DNA of 46,234 nucleotides from Betaproteobacteria bacterium (GTDB lineage Bacteria > Pseudomonadota > Gammaproteobacteria > Burkholderiales > SG8-39). Positions 27,115 through 38,018 of the stretch are shown here, in pieces. The stretch lies in NCBI GenBank assembly GCA_031389685.1, contig JANMSV010000112.1:1-46234 (forward strand), written 5' to 3'. Position numbers and translations under genes: made by a program. The notes beneath the pieces were generated by a model. That model saw only the letters and a program-made list of their open reading frames with translations. It did not search any database and was not told the DNA's origin. Within the stretch, counting starts at the first letter, position 1, and each line of letters starts with the position of its first letter.

Positions 27115-28074
27115 TTATTGCGGGCGGTGGTATTCCACCGTATCGCCGATGCGTTGCACGCTTGCCGCGGGCGTCTCGCCCACCACGGTCACCAGGTGAT
27201 CTGCAACTTCGCGCGTGTAGACGTTGACCGCACCCATGCTGGCGAGCCCGAGGCGCGCGGTCTCGGTGCGGCCGGCAATCGGCTCGATGAACACCGACAC
27301 GGCCGCCAGTCCGTCGGAATACACCACCTGACCTACCGGCTGGGTGTCACTCAGCATGCGCCGAATCTCGACGATCTTGCGGAACCCCGGCAGGTGCGGA
27401 GATACTTTCCAGCCCGAGCGCGCCAGGTCGGCAGGCGCGACCCCGGCCTGCTCCACGCGCCAGTTGCGCGCGGCGCGCAGCGGCCGCAGCCGTTCGCGCG
27501 GGACGCTGCCGATTTCCAGTTGCGTGAAGGTGAATTGCTCCACCGTCTGGCCATTGGCGTCGAACGCGCGGGCCTTCAACAGCATACCAGTGCGCAGGTC
27601 GGCCCACAGCTGGTAGCCGTAGCGCAGATTGTCCCTGGGCGCCAGTACCAGCACCTGGCAGTCGTAACCGGCGATGCGCTGCACGTCGTGCTTGGTGATC
27701 GAGTAATGCTCGGCCAGGGCGTTCACCTGCTCGGGCAGCAGCGCAGGAAAATCGCGCTGATTCCTGCGCCGGTCGACCTTTACGATCTGGCGCTCCGGCA
27801 GGTAGCAGCGGATCTCGTCGCGCGTACGCAGGATCTCGCGCGGCGGGCCGTCGAGCACTTCCAGTTTTTCCACGCCGCCGTCGGCATCGGCCAGGCGCGA
27901 AATGCGCGACGTCTCCGTGCGCCCCGCCTGCTGGTACACGAAAATTCCGGTGTAAGACAGTTTTTCCGTCGCCTGGTGGATCTTGCGCAGCCAATCCAGC
28001 GCCTCCGGCGCCGCCTGCGCCTGCGCCAGCCCCGCGGCCACACACAGCAGCACGGCGCCGATGGCGCGCGTCAT
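27115..28074 (-). CDS. rseB: Sigma-E regulatory protein RseB/MucB
   Basis: LSYTGIFVYQ, LDGPPRE, PRDNLRYGY, YSDGLAAVSVFIEP, TVVGETP. Confidence 0.93.
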   Translation of the reverse strand: MTRAIGAVLLCVAAGLAQAQAAPEALDWLRKIHQATEKLSYTGIFVYQQAGRTETSRISRLADADGGVEKLEVLDGPPREILRTRDEIRCYLPERQIVKVDRRRNQRDFPALLPEQVNALAEHYSITKHDVQRIAGYDCQVLVLAPRDNLRYGYQLWADLRTGMLLKARAFDANGQTVEQFTFTQLEIGSVPRERLRPLRAARNWRVEQAGVAPADLARSGWKVSPHLPGFRKIVEIRRMLSDTQPVGQVVYSDGLAAVSVFIEPIAGRTETARLGLASMGAVNVYTREVADHLVTVVGETPAASVQRIGDTVEYHRPQ

Positions 28075-28607
28075 GGCTTCCTCGCTGCTGCGTCGTCGGA
28101 CACCGAGCGCACGTAAGGCGCCAAGCCGAGCAGCGAATTTCGGGACGAGAACGCCTGATGGGCAAGCAGGTAATCGCGGCTCGCAGTGGTCAGCGGCACG
28201 CTGGCCGGCGCTTTGGCAGCTTCGATCGTCGGCGCAGCCGGTGCCTGGGCGAGCGGCGTCGGCCCGGGGCCCGCCCCTTGCTGGGGCGCGAACGCCAACC
28301 AGCCGACCAGCGCAACTGCCGCGACGCCCGCGGCGAGCGCGGAGGGGACGAACCAAGGTGCGCGCTCCGGCGGGCGCACCGCGGAAGGATGCGGCGCCAC
28401 CAGAATGGGCTCCTGCGCCAGGCGTGCCACCACCCGGTGCAGGCAATCCGCCGACAGCAGGGCGCGACCCTGCAACGCATCGCTGATCAAATGATAGGTG
28501 CGCCAGGATTCGCGCGCGCCCTCGTCGTCGCGTAGCGCGGCAAGGGGCTCGTGCAGCTCATGCGCATCGAGCTCGCCGTCCATCAGTGCCGATATCTGCG
28601 ATTTCAT
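28071..28607 (-). CDS. rseA: Anti-sigma-E factor RseA/MucA
   Basis: ISALMDGE, WRTYHLISDAL, single TM helix, YLLAHQ. Confidence 0.92.
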   Translation of the reverse strand: MKSQISALMDGELDAHELHEPLAALRDDEGARESWRTYHLISDALQGRALLSADCLHRVVARLAQEPILVAPHPSAVRPPERAPWFVPSALAAGVAAVALVGWLAFAPQQGAGPGPTPLAQAPAAPTIEAAKAPASVPLTTASRDYLLAHQAFSSRNSLLGLAPYVRSVSDDAAARKP

Positions 28608-28611
28608 CTTG

Positions 28612-29211
28612 CTACCACCTCCGGTCCTTGCCCGTGTCGAGCAGCGGTCGCAGCCGTTCCGCAATCGCCTCGCGCGCCCTGAAAATGCGCGAGCGCACGG
28701 TGCCGATGGGGCAGTCCATGATGCGCGCGATGTCTTCGTAGCTCATGCCTTCGATCTCGCGCAACTGGATCGCCGTACGCAATTCCTCGGGCAGCTCGTC
28801 GATCGTCGCGTTCACAGTCTGCGCAATCTCCTTGGACAGCAACATGCTTTCCGGCGTGTTGATGTCGCGCAATTGCTCGCCTTCCTCGAAACCCTCGGCG
28901 TCCTCCGCCTCCACTTCGGTGGAGGTCGGCGCCCGCCGCCTCAGCGCCATCAGGTAATTCTTGGCGGTGTTGATGCCTATCCGGTACAGCCACGTATAGA
29001 ACGCGCTATCGCCGCGAAACGCCGGGAGCGCCCGGTACGCCTTGATGAACGCCTCCTGCGTCACGTCTTCCACCTCGGCCGGGTCGCGGATGAATCGCGC
29101 CAACAACCGCCCCAGCTTGCGCTGGTATTTCTCCACCAGCAGCTCGAACGCGCGCTTGTCGCCGCGCTGTGCGCGCTCTACCAGCTGGCGATCAATGTCG
29201 CGCTCAGACAA
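28612..29211 (-). CDS. rpoE: ECF sigma factor RpoE/AlgU
   Basis: DRQLVERAQRGD..AFELLV.KYQ, FRGDSAFYTWLYRI, CPIGTVRSRIFRAR; TTG start. Confidence 0.96.
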   Translation of the reverse strand: MSERDIDRQLVERAQRGDKRAFELLVEKYQRKLGRLLARFIRDPAEVEDVTQEAFIKAYRALPAFRGDSAFYTWLYRIGINTAKNYLMALRRRAPTSTEVEAEDAEGFEEGEQLRDINTPESMLLSKEIAQTVNATIDELPEELRTAIQLREIEGMSYEDIARIMDCPIGTVRSRIFRAREAIAERLRPLLDTGKDRRW

Positions 29212-29274
29212 CTGCCCGCCCGCCTGGCCCGCGCAGCATACCCGCGCCGGACCGCACTGCAATGCCTATGAGGC

Positions 29275-29301
29275 ACTGACACTGGCGTTCTGAAATAGTT
29301 C
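29275..29301 (-). promoter_or_regulatory. Putative sigma-E autoregulatory promoter
   Basis: GAACTA-N16-TCAGT upstream of rpoE, close to the GAACTT-N16-TCnnA consensus. Confidence 0.5.
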
Positions 29302-29304
29302 GGC

Positions 29305-29772
29305 TCATGCCCCGCCGCTCCGCGCTTCGTTCGGCGTCCATGCCGTCCCGGCGACCCTGCCCCACAGCGCCCACAGCCGCAGCCGGCGAAAATCGGCGGG
29401 CGCCAGCATATCGGCCGCGATCAGCAAAGTTCGGGACCAGGCGCCGCTGAAGGGCAGCGTGACCCAGAACAGGGTCACCTGGCGACGGCCGGCGACGCGG
29501 ACGGACAGGCGCCTGCCATCGGCCAGTTCGAGCGTCGCCGCGCCCTCCGCGGCAAGCTCGAGGGCGCGCACCGAACTGCGTCGGCGCAGCAAGGCCCGGT
29601 CCCACGCCACCTCCGCCCCGAGGGCCAGCAACAACCCGGACACCGCCAACGCGGGAACGCCGGGCGCCACGGCGACGACGCAGGCCGCGCCCCCGCCATG
29701 GATCAGTGCCAGCGCAACGGCCAGCGCGCGCGACGCACGCAATTCCAAGCGCAGCACCGGCTTGCCGCTCAA
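29305..29772 (-). CDS. YgfX/CptA-like membrane protein
   Basis: Two N-terminal hydrophobic segments and D.L...DFRRLRLW C-terminal motif; TTG start overlapping the fabF stop. Confidence 0.7.
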   Translation of the reverse strand: MSGKPVLRLELRASRALAVALALIHGGGAACVVAVAPGVPALAVSGLLLALGAEVAWDRALLRRRSSVRALELAAEGAATLELADGRRLSVRVAGRRQVTLFWVTLPFSGAWSRTLLIAADMLAPADFRRLRLWALWGRVAGTAWTPNEARSGGA

Positions 29773-31001
29773 ATGCGCGCGAACACCAGCGTGCCGTTGG
29801 TGCCACCGAAACCGAAGTTGTTTTTGACGGCGCAGTCGATCTTGAGATCGCGCGCCGTATTGGCGCAGTAGTCGAGATCGCACTCCGGATCCTGGTTGAA
29901 GATATTGATCGTCGGCGGCGACACCTGCCGGTGCACCGCCAATACCGTGAACACCGATTCGATGGCGCCTGCGCCGCCCAGCTGGTGGCCGGTCATCGTC
30001 TTGGTGGAGTTGACGACCAGCTTCTTCGCATGGCTGCCAAACGCCCGCTTGATGGCCTCTGTCTCGTTCTTGTCGCCGAGCACAGTCGAGGTACCGTGTG
30101 CATTCAGGTACTGCACGCGGTCGGGGGCGATGCCCGCGTTGGCCAACGCCGCCGCCATGCAGCGCTTGGGGCCGTCCTGGTCGGGCGCCGTCATGTGGAA
30201 GGCGTCCGCGCTCATGCCGAAGCCGGCAAGCTCGCAGTAAATCCTCGCACCACGCGCCCGCGCGTGCTCGTATTCCTCCAGGACCAGCGCGCCGGCCCCC
30301 TCCCCCAGCACGAAACCGTCCCGGTCCTTGTCCCAGGGTCGGCTCGCAGTCGCCGGATCGTCATTGCGCGTCGACAGTGCGCGCGCTGCAGCGAATCCCC
30401 CGACCCCCAAAGGTGAGATGCTGGCTTCCGCCCCGCCTGCCACCATGACGTCGGCATCGCCGTACTCAATCATGCGTGCCGCCAGCCCCACCGCGTGCAA
30501 GCCGGTGGTGCACGCCGTGACCACGGAAAGATTCGGGCCCTTCATGCCGTAAAGGATCGACATGTGGCCGGAGATCATGTTGATGATGACGGCCGGCACG
30601 AAGAACGGCGAAATGCGGCGTGGCCCGCGCTGCACCAGATCGCCGTGGGTATCCTCGATGCGCGGCAGGCCGCCGATCCCCGAGCCGATGATCACCCCGA
30701 TGCGCTCGGCATTCTGCTCGGTCACCTGCAGCCCGCAGTCTTTCCACGCCTGGATCCCTGCGGCGAGCCCGAAATGGATGAAGGTATCCATGTGGCGCGC
30801 ATCCTTCGCCGGCAGGTAGGCCGAGACGTCGAAGCCTTTCACCTCGCCGGCGATGCGGCAGGCAAATGCCGCAGCGTCAAAGCGCGTGATCGGGCCGATC
30901 CCGGACTTGCCATCGACCAGATTGCGCCAGGCGTCCTCTACGGTGTTGCCGACCGGGCAGACAATGCCGAGTCCGGTGACGGCGACTCTGCGGTGCGACA
31001 C
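29769..31001 (-). CDS. fabF: 3-oxoacyl-ACP synthase II
   Basis: RRVAVTGLG, TACTTG, AHGTST, NNFGFGGTN. Confidence 0.97.
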   Translation of the reverse strand: MSHRRVAVTGLGIVCPVGNTVEDAWRNLVDGKSGIGPITRFDAAAFACRIAGEVKGFDVSAYLPAKDARHMDTFIHFGLAAGIQAWKDCGLQVTEQNAERIGVIIGSGIGGLPRIEDTHGDLVQRGPRRISPFFVPAVIINMISGHMSILYGMKGPNLSVVTACTTGLHAVGLAARMIEYGDADVMVAGGAEASISPLGVGGFAAARALSTRNDDPATASRPWDKDRDGFVLGEGAGALVLEEYEHARARGARIYCELAGFGMSADAFHMTAPDQDGPKRCMAAALANAGIAPDRVQYLNAHGTSTVLGDKNETEAIKRAFGSHAKKLVVNSTKTMTGHQLGGAGAIESVFTVLAVHRQVSPPTINIFNQDPECDLDYCANTARDLKIDCAVKNNFGFGGTNGTLVFARI

Positions 31002-31014
31002 TGATCCCTTGGTG

Positions 31015-31254
31015 TTACGACTTCGAGTGCGACTTGACGAAGTCGATGGCCTGCTGGACGGTGGTGATCTTCTCGGCTTCCTCGTCCGGGATCTCGGTTT
31101 CGAATTCCTCTTCCAGGGCCATCACCAGCTCCACCGTGTCGAGGGAATCGGCCCCCAGGTCGTCCACGAAAGAGGACTCGTTCTTGATCTCGGTCTCATT
31201 CACCCCGAGCTGCTCGGCGATGATCTTCCTGACGCGTTGTTCGACGTTTTCCAT
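31015..31254 (-). CDS. acpP: Acyl carrier protein
   Basis: [20 protein letters not shown]. Confidence 0.98.
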   Translation of the reverse strand: MENVEQRVRKIIAEQLGVNETEIKNESSFVDDLGADSLDTVELVMALEEEFETEIPDEEAEKITTVQQAIDFVKSHSKS

Positions 31255-31319
31255 GTCCTGCTCCTTCCCTGTTGGGGCCAAGCGGCGGCCCGGATTTTAC
31301 CAAATCGGCCAGACGGCCT

Positions 31320-32060
31320 TCAGCCCATATACATGCCGCCGTTCACATGCAGCACGCATCCCGTCACGTAGGCGGCCGCCGGCGACGCCAAGTAGGCCAC
31401 CGCCGCCGCGACATCCTCCGGCGCCCCCAGGCGTCCGAGGGGGATCTGCAACAGCAGCGCGCTGCGCTGTGCTTCAGTCAGCGCACGCGTCATATCCGTA
31501 TCGATGAATCCGGGCGCCACGCAGTTGACCGTGATGCTGCGGCTGCCCAGTTCGCGCGCCAGCGACTTGGTCATGCCGACCACGCCCGCCTTCGCCGCCG
31601 CATAGTTCGCCTGCCCGGCATTGCCGGAAGCGCCTACCACCGAGGTGATGTTGACGATGCGCCCCCAACGTGCCTTCATCATGCCGCGCATCACTGCGCG
31701 CGACAGGCGGAAAACCGCCTTCAGGTTGGTTTCCATGACTTCATCCCACTCCGCATCTCTCATGCGCAGCGCCAGATTGTCGCGCGTGATGCCGGCGTTA
31801 TTGACCAGAACCACAACCTCCCCGTACTCCTTGTGCACCGCTTCGACGAGCGCATCGCATTGTTGCGCCTCGCGCACATTCAATACTCTGCCCGCACCCC
31901 GTGCGCCGGCTTCCTGCAGGGCGCTGCCGATGCCCGCGGCGCCCTGCTCCGTGGTCGCGGTGCCTACGACGGTCGCGCCCTGCCGCCCCAGTTCCAACGC
32001 GATCGCGCGCCCGATACCGCGTGTCGCGCCAGTCACCAGTGCCACCTTTCCTTGCAGCAT
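31320..32060 (-). CDS. fabG: 3-oxoacyl-ACP reductase
   Basis: TGATRGIG, NNAGITRD, YAAAK, APGFIDTDMT. Confidence 0.97.
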   Translation of the reverse strand: MLQGKVALVTGATRGIGRAIALELGRQGATVVGTATTEQGAAGIGSALQEAGARGAGRVLNVREAQQCDALVEAVHKEYGEVVVLVNNAGITRDNLALRMRDAEWDEVMETNLKAVFRLSRAVMRGMMKARWGRIVNITSVVGASGNAGQANYAAAKAGVVGMTKSLARELGSRSITVNCVAPGFIDTDMTRALTEAQRSALLLQIPLGRLGAPEDVAAAVAYLASPAAAYVTGCVLHVNGGMYMG

Positions 32061-32062
32061 CG

Positions 32063-32998
32063 TCAGGCTCCTTTGAGCGCCGCCAGCGCCTGCTCAAGCG
32101 ACGCCCGGTCCGCGAGCACATAACTCTGCAGTTCGTCGTCGATACGCTTCACCATCCCGGCGAGCGCCCTGCCCGGGCCACATTCCACGACATGCGTGAC
32201 GCCCAATTGCCGCATCTTGCGTATCGTCTCGACCCAGCGCACGGGCGCTGCCGCCTGGCGCACCAGCGCGTCCTTGATGGCTGCCGGCTGCGACTCGATA
32301 TTGACGTCGACGTTGTTGATCATTTGCAGCTTCGGTGCCGCCATCGGCACGTCCGCGAGATAGCTGCGCAGGCGGTCCGCGGCGGGCCGCAACAGGCTGG
32401 AATGGAACGGCGCGCTGACCGGCAGCGGCAGCGCGCGCTTGGCGCCCCTCGCTTTGCAGGCCTCCATGGCACGGGCCACCGCGCCCTTGTGGCCGGCGAT
32501 TACGACTTGGCCGGGCGCGTTGAAATTCACCGCCTGCACGACTTCACCCTGCGACGCTTCGGCGCACGCGGCCCGCACCGCGTCGTCCTCGAGATTGAGG
32601 ATCGCCGCCATGGCACCCTCGCCCGCCGGCACGGCCTCCTGCATCGCCTGGGCGCGAAACCTCACCAGCGGCAGGCAGTCACGGAATTCGAGCGCCCCGG
32701 CAGCCACCAGCGCGGTATATTCGCCAAGGCTGTGACCCGCCACCAACTCCGGTGCCGGCCCGCCCAGGACCTGCCAGGCGCGGAACGCGGCGAAACCGGC
32801 GGTCACCATCGCCGGCTGCGTATTCACCGTCAGACCGAGCGCTTCCGCCGGGCCTTCGTCCAGCAGCCGCACAAAGTCGGCGCCCAGCACGGCGGCCGCC
32901 GTCTCGCGCACCTCGTTTACCGCCGGCAAACCCGCGTAGGCCTGCAGCATGCCGACCGATTGCGAGCCCTGTCCCGGAAACACCATGGCCAGTTTCAT
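32063..32998 (-). CDS. fabD: Malonyl-CoA-ACP transacylase
   Basis: FPGQGSQ, GHSLGE, SAPFHS. Confidence 0.97.
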   Translation of the reverse strand: MKLAMVFPGQGSQSVGMLQAYAGLPAVNEVRETAAAVLGADFVRLLDEGPAEALGLTVNTQPAMVTAGFAAFRAWQVLGGPAPELVAGHSLGEYTALVAAGALEFRDCLPLVRFRAQAMQEAVPAGEGAMAAILNLEDDAVRAACAEASQGEVVQAVNFNAPGQVVIAGHKGAVARAMEACKARGAKRALPLPVSAPFHSSLLRPAADRLRSYLADVPMAAPKLQMINNVDVNIESQPAAIKDALVRQAAAPVRWVETIRKMRQLGVTHVVECGPGRALAGMVKRIDDELQSYVLADRASLEQALAALKGA

Positions 32999-33002
32999 GC
33001 GG

Positions 33003-33962
33003 TCACATCGTCGCGAGTGTCGCGCCCCAGGTGAATCCGCCGCCGACGCCCTGCATCAAGACCCGTTGTCCGGTGCGGATCCTGCCGGCGCGCACGTACT
33101 CGTCCAGCGCCAGCGGGACCGAAGCGGCGGAAGTATTGCCATGATGATCCACGGTGACCACCAGGCGCTCCAGCGGCAAGCCGAGCTTGCGCGCCGTCGC
33201 TTCCAGGATGCGCAGATTGGCCTGGTGCGGGATCAGCCAGTCGATGTCTTCGAGGCGCATGCCGGCGGCCGCGACGGTCTCGCGCGCCACTTCGTCCAGC
33301 ACCTTGACCGCGAACTTGAAAACCTGGCTGCCTTGCATCTGCACGAAGGGAGAGCCGACGATGCGCCCGCCGCTCACGTTCCCCGGTACCGACAGGATAC
33401 CCGCGTAACGACCGTCGGCGCGCAGCACCGAGGCGTGCAGCCCGGGCCGTTCGGCGGCCGCCAGCACCACCGCGCCCGCGCCGTCGCCAAACAGCACGCA
33501 GGTGCCGCGATCGTTCCAGTCGAGGATGCGCGAAAACACCTCGCTGCCGATCACCAGCGCGCACTTGTGCGTCCCGGCGCGGATGAAATTGTCGGCGGTT
33601 GCCAGTGCGTACACGAACCCGCTGCACACCGCCTGCAGGTCGAAAGCGGCGCAGTTCCCGGTACCTAGCTTGGCCTGCAGCAGGCAGGCGGTGCTCGGGA
33701 AGATGAAATCGGGCGTCGAAGTCGCGAGCACGATCAGGTCCACTTGCCCGGCCCGCAGCCCGGCCGCCGCCAGAGCGGCGCGGCTCGCCTCAAGCGCCAG
33801 ATCGCTGGACGCCTGGGACTCGTCGGCGATGTGCCGCTGCGCGATGCCGGTGCGCTCACGGATCCACGCATCGCTGGTGTCGAGCCGCGTCGCGAACTCC
33901 GCGTTGGTGACCACGCGCGGCGGCAGGTAGCTGCCGGTGCCGACGATGCGGGAGTAGATCAT
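33003..33962 (-). CDS. fabH: 3-oxoacyl-ACP synthase III
   Basis: [26 protein letters not shown]. Confidence 0.97.
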   Translation of the reverse strand: MIYSRIVGTGSYLPPRVVTNAEFATRLDTSDAWIRERTGIAQRHIADESQASSDLALEASRAALAAAGLRAGQVDLIVLATSTPDFIFPSTACLLQAKLGTGNCAAFDLQAVCSGFVYALATADNFIRAGTHKCALVIGSEVFSRILDWNDRGTCVLFGDGAGAVVLAAAERPGLHASVLRADGRYAGILSVPGNVSGGRIVGSPFVQMQGSQVFKFAVKVLDEVARETVAAAGMRLEDIDWLIPHQANLRILEATARKLGLPLERLVVTVDHHGNTSAASVPLALDEYVRAGRIRTGQRVLMQGVGGGFTWGATLATM

Positions 33963-34999
33963 CGCGCGCCCGCGCGATCGACCGGCACCGCGGGATGCAT
34001 CTGCGACATGCGCTGCGCAATACGCTGGATCACGTCATTGCGCACTTCCTCGACCGCCCGCTCCAGCGCCTTGCCGAACGAATACGCATCGGCCGACCCA
34101 TGGCTCTTGATCACCACCCCGCGCAGCCCCAGCAGGCTGGCGCCGTTGTAGCGCGCGGGATCCATGCGCCGGCGCAGCGCCTTGAGCACCGGCAGAGACA
34201 CGATTGCCGCGAGCCTGCGAAATGCATTGCGCGAAAACTCCTGGCGCAGGAATGCGACGATCATGTGCACCACGCCTTCCGACGCCTTGAGCACCGAGTT
34301 GCCGACGAACCCGTCGCAGACCACCACGTCGGTCGTCCCCTTGAAGATGTCGTCGCCCTCGACATTGCCGTGGAAGTTCAGCCCGCTGTCGCGCAGCAAC
34401 TCGCCCGCCAGCTTCACGGTCTCGTTGCCCTTGATGTCTTCCACGCCGATGTTCAGCAATCCTACCGTCGGCCGCTCCCGGTGCTCGAGCGCCGCCACCA
34501 GCATCGCGCCCATCACGCCGAACTGCATCAATTGCTCCGGCGTGCAATCGACGTTGGCGCCCAGGTCCAGGACATAGGTCCCGCCGCCCCGCATATTGGG
34601 CAGCACCGTCGCAATCGCTGGCCGATCGATGCCTGCCAGGGTCTTCAGTACGTAACGCGAAGTGGCCATCAACGCGCCGGTGTTGCCGGCACTCACGCAG
34701 GCATGCGCTGCGCCGCTCTTGACCAGGTTGACCGCCACGCGCATTGAGGAGTCTTTCTTGTAGCGCAGGGCTTGCGCCGGGGGTTCGTCCATGGTGACCA
34801 CCTCACCCGCATGATGCACGCGCATGCGGGGCCCGGCCAGCGCGCCGCAGCGGGCGAGTTCCGCCTCGAGCGCCTCACTTCGGCCGACCAGGATCACGGC
34901 CACGTCCGCGTGCTCGCGCTGCAGCTCGAGCGCGGCGGGGACTGTCACGTGGGGCCCGTGATCGCCCCCCATGCAGTCGATGGCGACGGTGATGTCCAT
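33959..34999 (-). CDS. plsX: Phosphate acyltransferase PlsX
   Basis: [33 protein letters not shown]. Confidence 0.97.
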   Translation of the reverse strand: MDITVAIDCMGGDHGPHVTVPAALELQREHADVAVILVGRSEALEAELARCGALAGPRMRVHHAGEVVTMDEPPAQALRYKKDSSMRVAVNLVKSGAAHACVSAGNTGALMATSRYVLKTLAGIDRPAIATVLPNMRGGGTYVLDLGANVDCTPEQLMQFGVMGAMLVAALEHRERPTVGLLNIGVEDIKGNETVKLAGELLRDSGLNFHGNVEGDDIFKGTTDVVVCDGFVGNSVLKASEGVVHMIVAFLRQEFSRNAFRRLAAIVSLPVLKALRRRMDPARYNGASLLGLRGVVIKSHGSADAYSFGKALERAVEEVRNDVIQRIAQRMSQMHPAVPVDRAGAR

Positions 35000-35049
35000 C
35001 GAGCCTTGGGCGCCCGCGCGAAGGGCGCAGGACTCGAACGATCGCGCGC

Positions 35050-35229
35050 CTACTCGCCTTTGGCCTTCGCGACCTTCTTGCCGCGATAGTAGCCGGTGGG
35101 ACTGACGTGATGGCGCAGGTGCACTTCGCCCGTCGTCGGCTCCACCGCCAGCGGCGGGTTGACCAGGAAGTCGTGGGCGCGATGCATGCCGCGCCGCGAC
35201 GCGGATTTCTTGTTCTGCTGTACCGCCAT
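35050..35229 (-). CDS. rpmF: 50S ribosomal protein L32
   Basis: [19 protein letters not shown]...[16 protein letters not shown]. Confidence 0.97.
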   Translation of the reverse strand: MAVQQNKKSASRRGMHRAHDFLVNPPLAVEPTTGEVHLRHHVSPTGYYRGKKVAKAKGE

Positions 35230-35242
35230 GTGCTTGCTCCTG

Positions 35243-35755
35243 TTAGTGTTTACTATTGCCGCGCAGCATGCCGCGCAACGCTGCGAACGGCAATTGCCGC
35301 CCGCCCGGTTCCGCCCTGCCTCGCGCCGAACAATTCTCGTGCCGCGGCGCGTACGGCAGCGCCAGCAGCAGCTCGTCTTCCACCAGATCGCGCACCGCCA
35401 TCTCCTTTTGCGCGACCACACGCTCGGGCATCTCCGGCGTAATCGGGTCTGCATCGATCTCCGACTGCGACGCCGCCAGCAACAAGGTCGCCCGCGGCGC
35501 CAGCACACATTCCACTGCGCCGAGGCAACGTTGGCAAGTCAAAGTCAATCGCGCTTTTGCCTGCAGTACCAGCTGCGACTGCCCGTACGAACCGCGTTGA
35601 CCCAGTAACTCGTACTCGACCGCGCCCGAGTCGTCATGCAGCACACCTCGCAGCCGGGCGAAAACATTCACCGGCCAGGAGCCGCGCAAGCTTCCGCCGG
35701 CTGCTGCAAACTCGAAGCCGTCGATTTGGGGAAACCGAGCCGACTGCTGCGGCAT
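35243..35755 (-). CDS. yceD: YceD/DUF177 23S rRNA accumulation protein
   Basis: [21 protein letters not shown]; upstream of rpmF. Confidence 0.92.
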   Translation of the reverse strand: MPQQSARFPQIDGFEFAAAGGSLRGSWPVNVFARLRGVLHDDSGAVEYELLGQRGSYGQSQLVLQAKARLTLTCQRCLGAVECVLAPRATLLLAASQSEIDADPITPEMPERVVAQKEMAVRDLVEDELLLALPYAPRHENCSARGRAEPGGRQLPFAALRGMLRGNSKH

Positions 35756-35765
35756 GAGGGCGCGG

Positions 35766-35794
35766 ATGATATCATTGCCGAAAAACCGTGTCAA
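35766..35794 (-). promoter_or_regulatory. Sigma-70 promoter of the yceD-rpmF-plsX-fab operon
   Basis: TTGACA-N17-TATCAT followed by the GC-rich discriminator CCGCGCC. Confidence 0.8.
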
Positions 35795-35803
35795 AACAAA
35801 GTC

Positions 35804-36397
35804 ATGCCAGAATCCCGCCAATTGGTGCTCGCCTCGACGTCCCGCTACCGCAAAGAGCTGCTGGGACGCTTGGGACTTGCCTTCGAGTGCGCGGACCCGG
35901 GCGTGGATGAGCGAGCCTCGCCCGAAGAGGCGACGGCCCTCACCGCGGAACGCCTGGCAGGGCTGAAGGCACGCGCGGTCGCCGCACGCTTTCCGCACGC
36001 GCTGATCGTCGGCGCGGACCAGGTGGCCTCCTGCGAGGGCGTGGTCCTCGACAAGCCCGGCACGCATGCCAATGCGGCACGCCAACTCTCCGCCATGAGC
36101 GGCAGGACCGCCCGCTTCGACACTGCCCTGGCGCTGCTCGATGCACGCAGCGGAGCGCTGAGCGCGCGCGTGGTGCCCTGCCTGGTGCATTTTCGTCGTC
36201 TCAACGCCGCTCAGATCGAAGACTATTTGCGGCGTGAACAACCCTACGACTGCGCCGGCAGCGCGAAATCCGAAGGACTGGGCATCGCCTTGATCGCACG
36301 CATCGATGGGGAGGATCCGACCGCGCTCATCGGGCTGCCATTGATCGCGCTGACCGAGATGCTGGCGCTGGCCGGGATGCCTGTGTTGCGCACATGA
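35804..36397 (+). CDS. Maf-family nucleotide pyrophosphatase (YceF type)
   Basis: [38 protein letters not shown]. Confidence 0.93.
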   Translation: MPESRQLVLASTSRYRKELLGRLGLAFECADPGVDERASPEEATALTAERLAGLKARAVAARFPHALIVGADQVASCEGVVLDKPGTHANAARQLSAMSGRTARFDTALALLDARSGALSARVVPCLVHFRRLNAAQIEDYLRREQPYDCAGSAKSEGLGIALIARIDGEDPTALIGLPLIALTEMLALAGMPVLRT

Positions 36398-37080
36398 GAC
36401 CTGCGCTGTATTTGGTGCCGGCGCCGCTGGGCGGGCGGGCGGCAGAAGCGCTGCCTGCCGTGGCGGCGGAAACAGTCCGTGCGTTGCGCGATTTCGCAGT
36501 CGAGAACGCCAGGAGCGCGCGGGCCTTCCTCGGCGCACTGGGCATGCCCTGCGCCATTCGGGAACTGAACATTCGGGAGATCGCGGGCGACGCGCCCGCT
36601 CTGCTCGCGCCGCTGCGCGCGGGCCGCCCCCTGGGGGTGCTTGCCGAGGCCGGCAGCCCCGCCGTGGCGGACCCCGGCGCAGCGCTGGTCGCCGCCGCGC
36701 ACGCCGAAGGCTTTCGCGTGATTCCCCTGGTCGGTCCCTCTGCGATCCTGCTGGCGCTGATGGCCTCGGGCCTGGAAGGCCAGCGCTTTGCGTTTTGCGG
36801 CTACCTGCCGCGCGAGGCGCCGGCGCGCGCGCAACACATCCACGCGCTCGAGCGGCGCTCGCGCGCCGAGCGCGAGACGCAGATCTTCATTGAAACGCCG
36901 TATCGCAATGCAGCGCTGCTCGGGGCGCTGCTGGAATGCTGCGCGCCCGGCACCCGGCTGTGCGTCGCTGCGGACCTGACCCTGCCCTCCGAGGAAATTT
37001 CCACGCACACGGTGGCGCAGTGGCGCCTCCGGCGAGCCGCCATCGGGCGGCGCCCGGCGGTGTTCCTGCTGCAGGCCTAG
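36394..37080 (+). CDS. Tetrapyrrole-methylase family SAM-dependent methyltransferase (RsmI-like)
   Basis: [42 protein letters not shown]. Confidence 0.88.
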   Translation: MRPALYLVPAPLGGRAAEALPAVAAETVRALRDFAVENARSARAFLGALGMPCAIRELNIREIAGDAPALLAPLRAGRPLGVLAEAGSPAVADPGAALVAAAHAEGFRVIPLVGPSAILLALMASGLEGQRFAFCGYLPREAPARAQHIHALERRSRAERETQIFIETPYRNAALLGALLECCAPGTRLCVAADLTLPSEEISTHTVAQWRLRRAAIGRRPAVFLLQA

Positions 37081-38018
37081 CGCAGCTGCGGCGCCTGCCG
37101 CAGCGCCAGCTCGAGGATTGCGCCCGCAGCCCCCGCGCCCAGTCGCCGGGCGAACTTCTCCGCGATGTTTTCTTTCTGCGTGTAGTCCACGATGTTCTCG
37201 GCCTTGATTACTTCGCGCGCCACGTATTCCATGCTGCCGACCGCATCGGCCAGGCCCAGTTCCACGCTTTTCTGGCCGGTCCAGATCAGCCCGGAGAACA
37301 TGTCCGGGGTCTCCTTGAGCCGCTTGCCACGCCCTTCGCGCACCACGCCGATGAACTGCTGGTGGATGTCATCCAGCAGGGCCTGCGCGTGCAGCCGCTG
37401 CTTCTCGTCCACCGGCAGGAACGGATCCATGAAGCCCTTGTTCTCGCCGGCGGTGAGCAGCCGGCGCTCGACGCCGAGCTTGTCCATCAGCCCGGTGACT
37501 CCGAATCCGTCCATGCGCACGCCGATCGAGCCGACAATGCTCGACTTGGCGACGAAGATCCGGTCCGCGCCGGCCGCGACGTAATAGCCGCCCGAGGCGC
37601 ACAAGTCTTCGACCACGGCGTACAAAGGAATGCCGGGGTGCTTTTGACGCAGCCGGCGCATTTCCTCGTAAATATTCTGTGCCTGCACCGGGCTGCCGCC
37701 GGGACTGTTGATGCGCACCAGCACGCCCTGGGTATTCTTGTCCTTGAAGGCGCTCTGCAGCGCCGCGGTCACGCGCTCGGCGCTGGCGTCGGTCCCGGGC
37801 GCGATGATGCCATTCACTTCGACCAGCGCGGTGTGCCTGCCCTTGGTTTCGCCGCCGCCCTTCCAATCCATCGCCAGCAGGATGATCACCGTCACATAGG
37901 CGAAGGTCATCAGCTTGAAGAAAATGCCCCACCGGCGCGCGCGCCGCTGCTCCTTGAGCGCCGCAGTGGCGAGTTTCTCAATCATGCCGCGCTCCCACTG
38001 CCCGTCGTTGTCAGCCAT
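37077..38018 (-). CDS. S49 family peptidase (SppA-like)
   Basis: RINSPGGSPV, CASGGYY, VGSIGV, FSGLIWTG. Confidence 0.92.
   Translation of the reverse strand: MADNDGQWERGMIEKLATAALKEQRRARRWGIFFKLMTFAYVTVIILLAMDWKGGGETKGRHTALVEVNGIIAPGTDASAERVTAALQSAFKDKNTQGVLVRINSPGGSPVQAQNIYEEMRRLRQKHPGIPLYAVVEDLCASGGYYVAAGADRIFVAKSSIVGSIGVRMDGFGVTGLMDKLGVERRLLTAGENKGFMDPFLPVDEKQRLHAQALLDDIHQQFIGVVREGRGKRLKETPDMFSGLIWTGQKSVELGLADAVGSMEYVAREVIKAENIVDYTQKENIAEKFARRLGAGAAGAILELALRQAPQLR

Noticed and set aside
29305-29772. YgfX/CptA as part of a toxin-antitoxin system
   Set aside because: No sdhE/cptB partner is adjacent, and the gene sits in a housekeeping position between fabF and rpoE.
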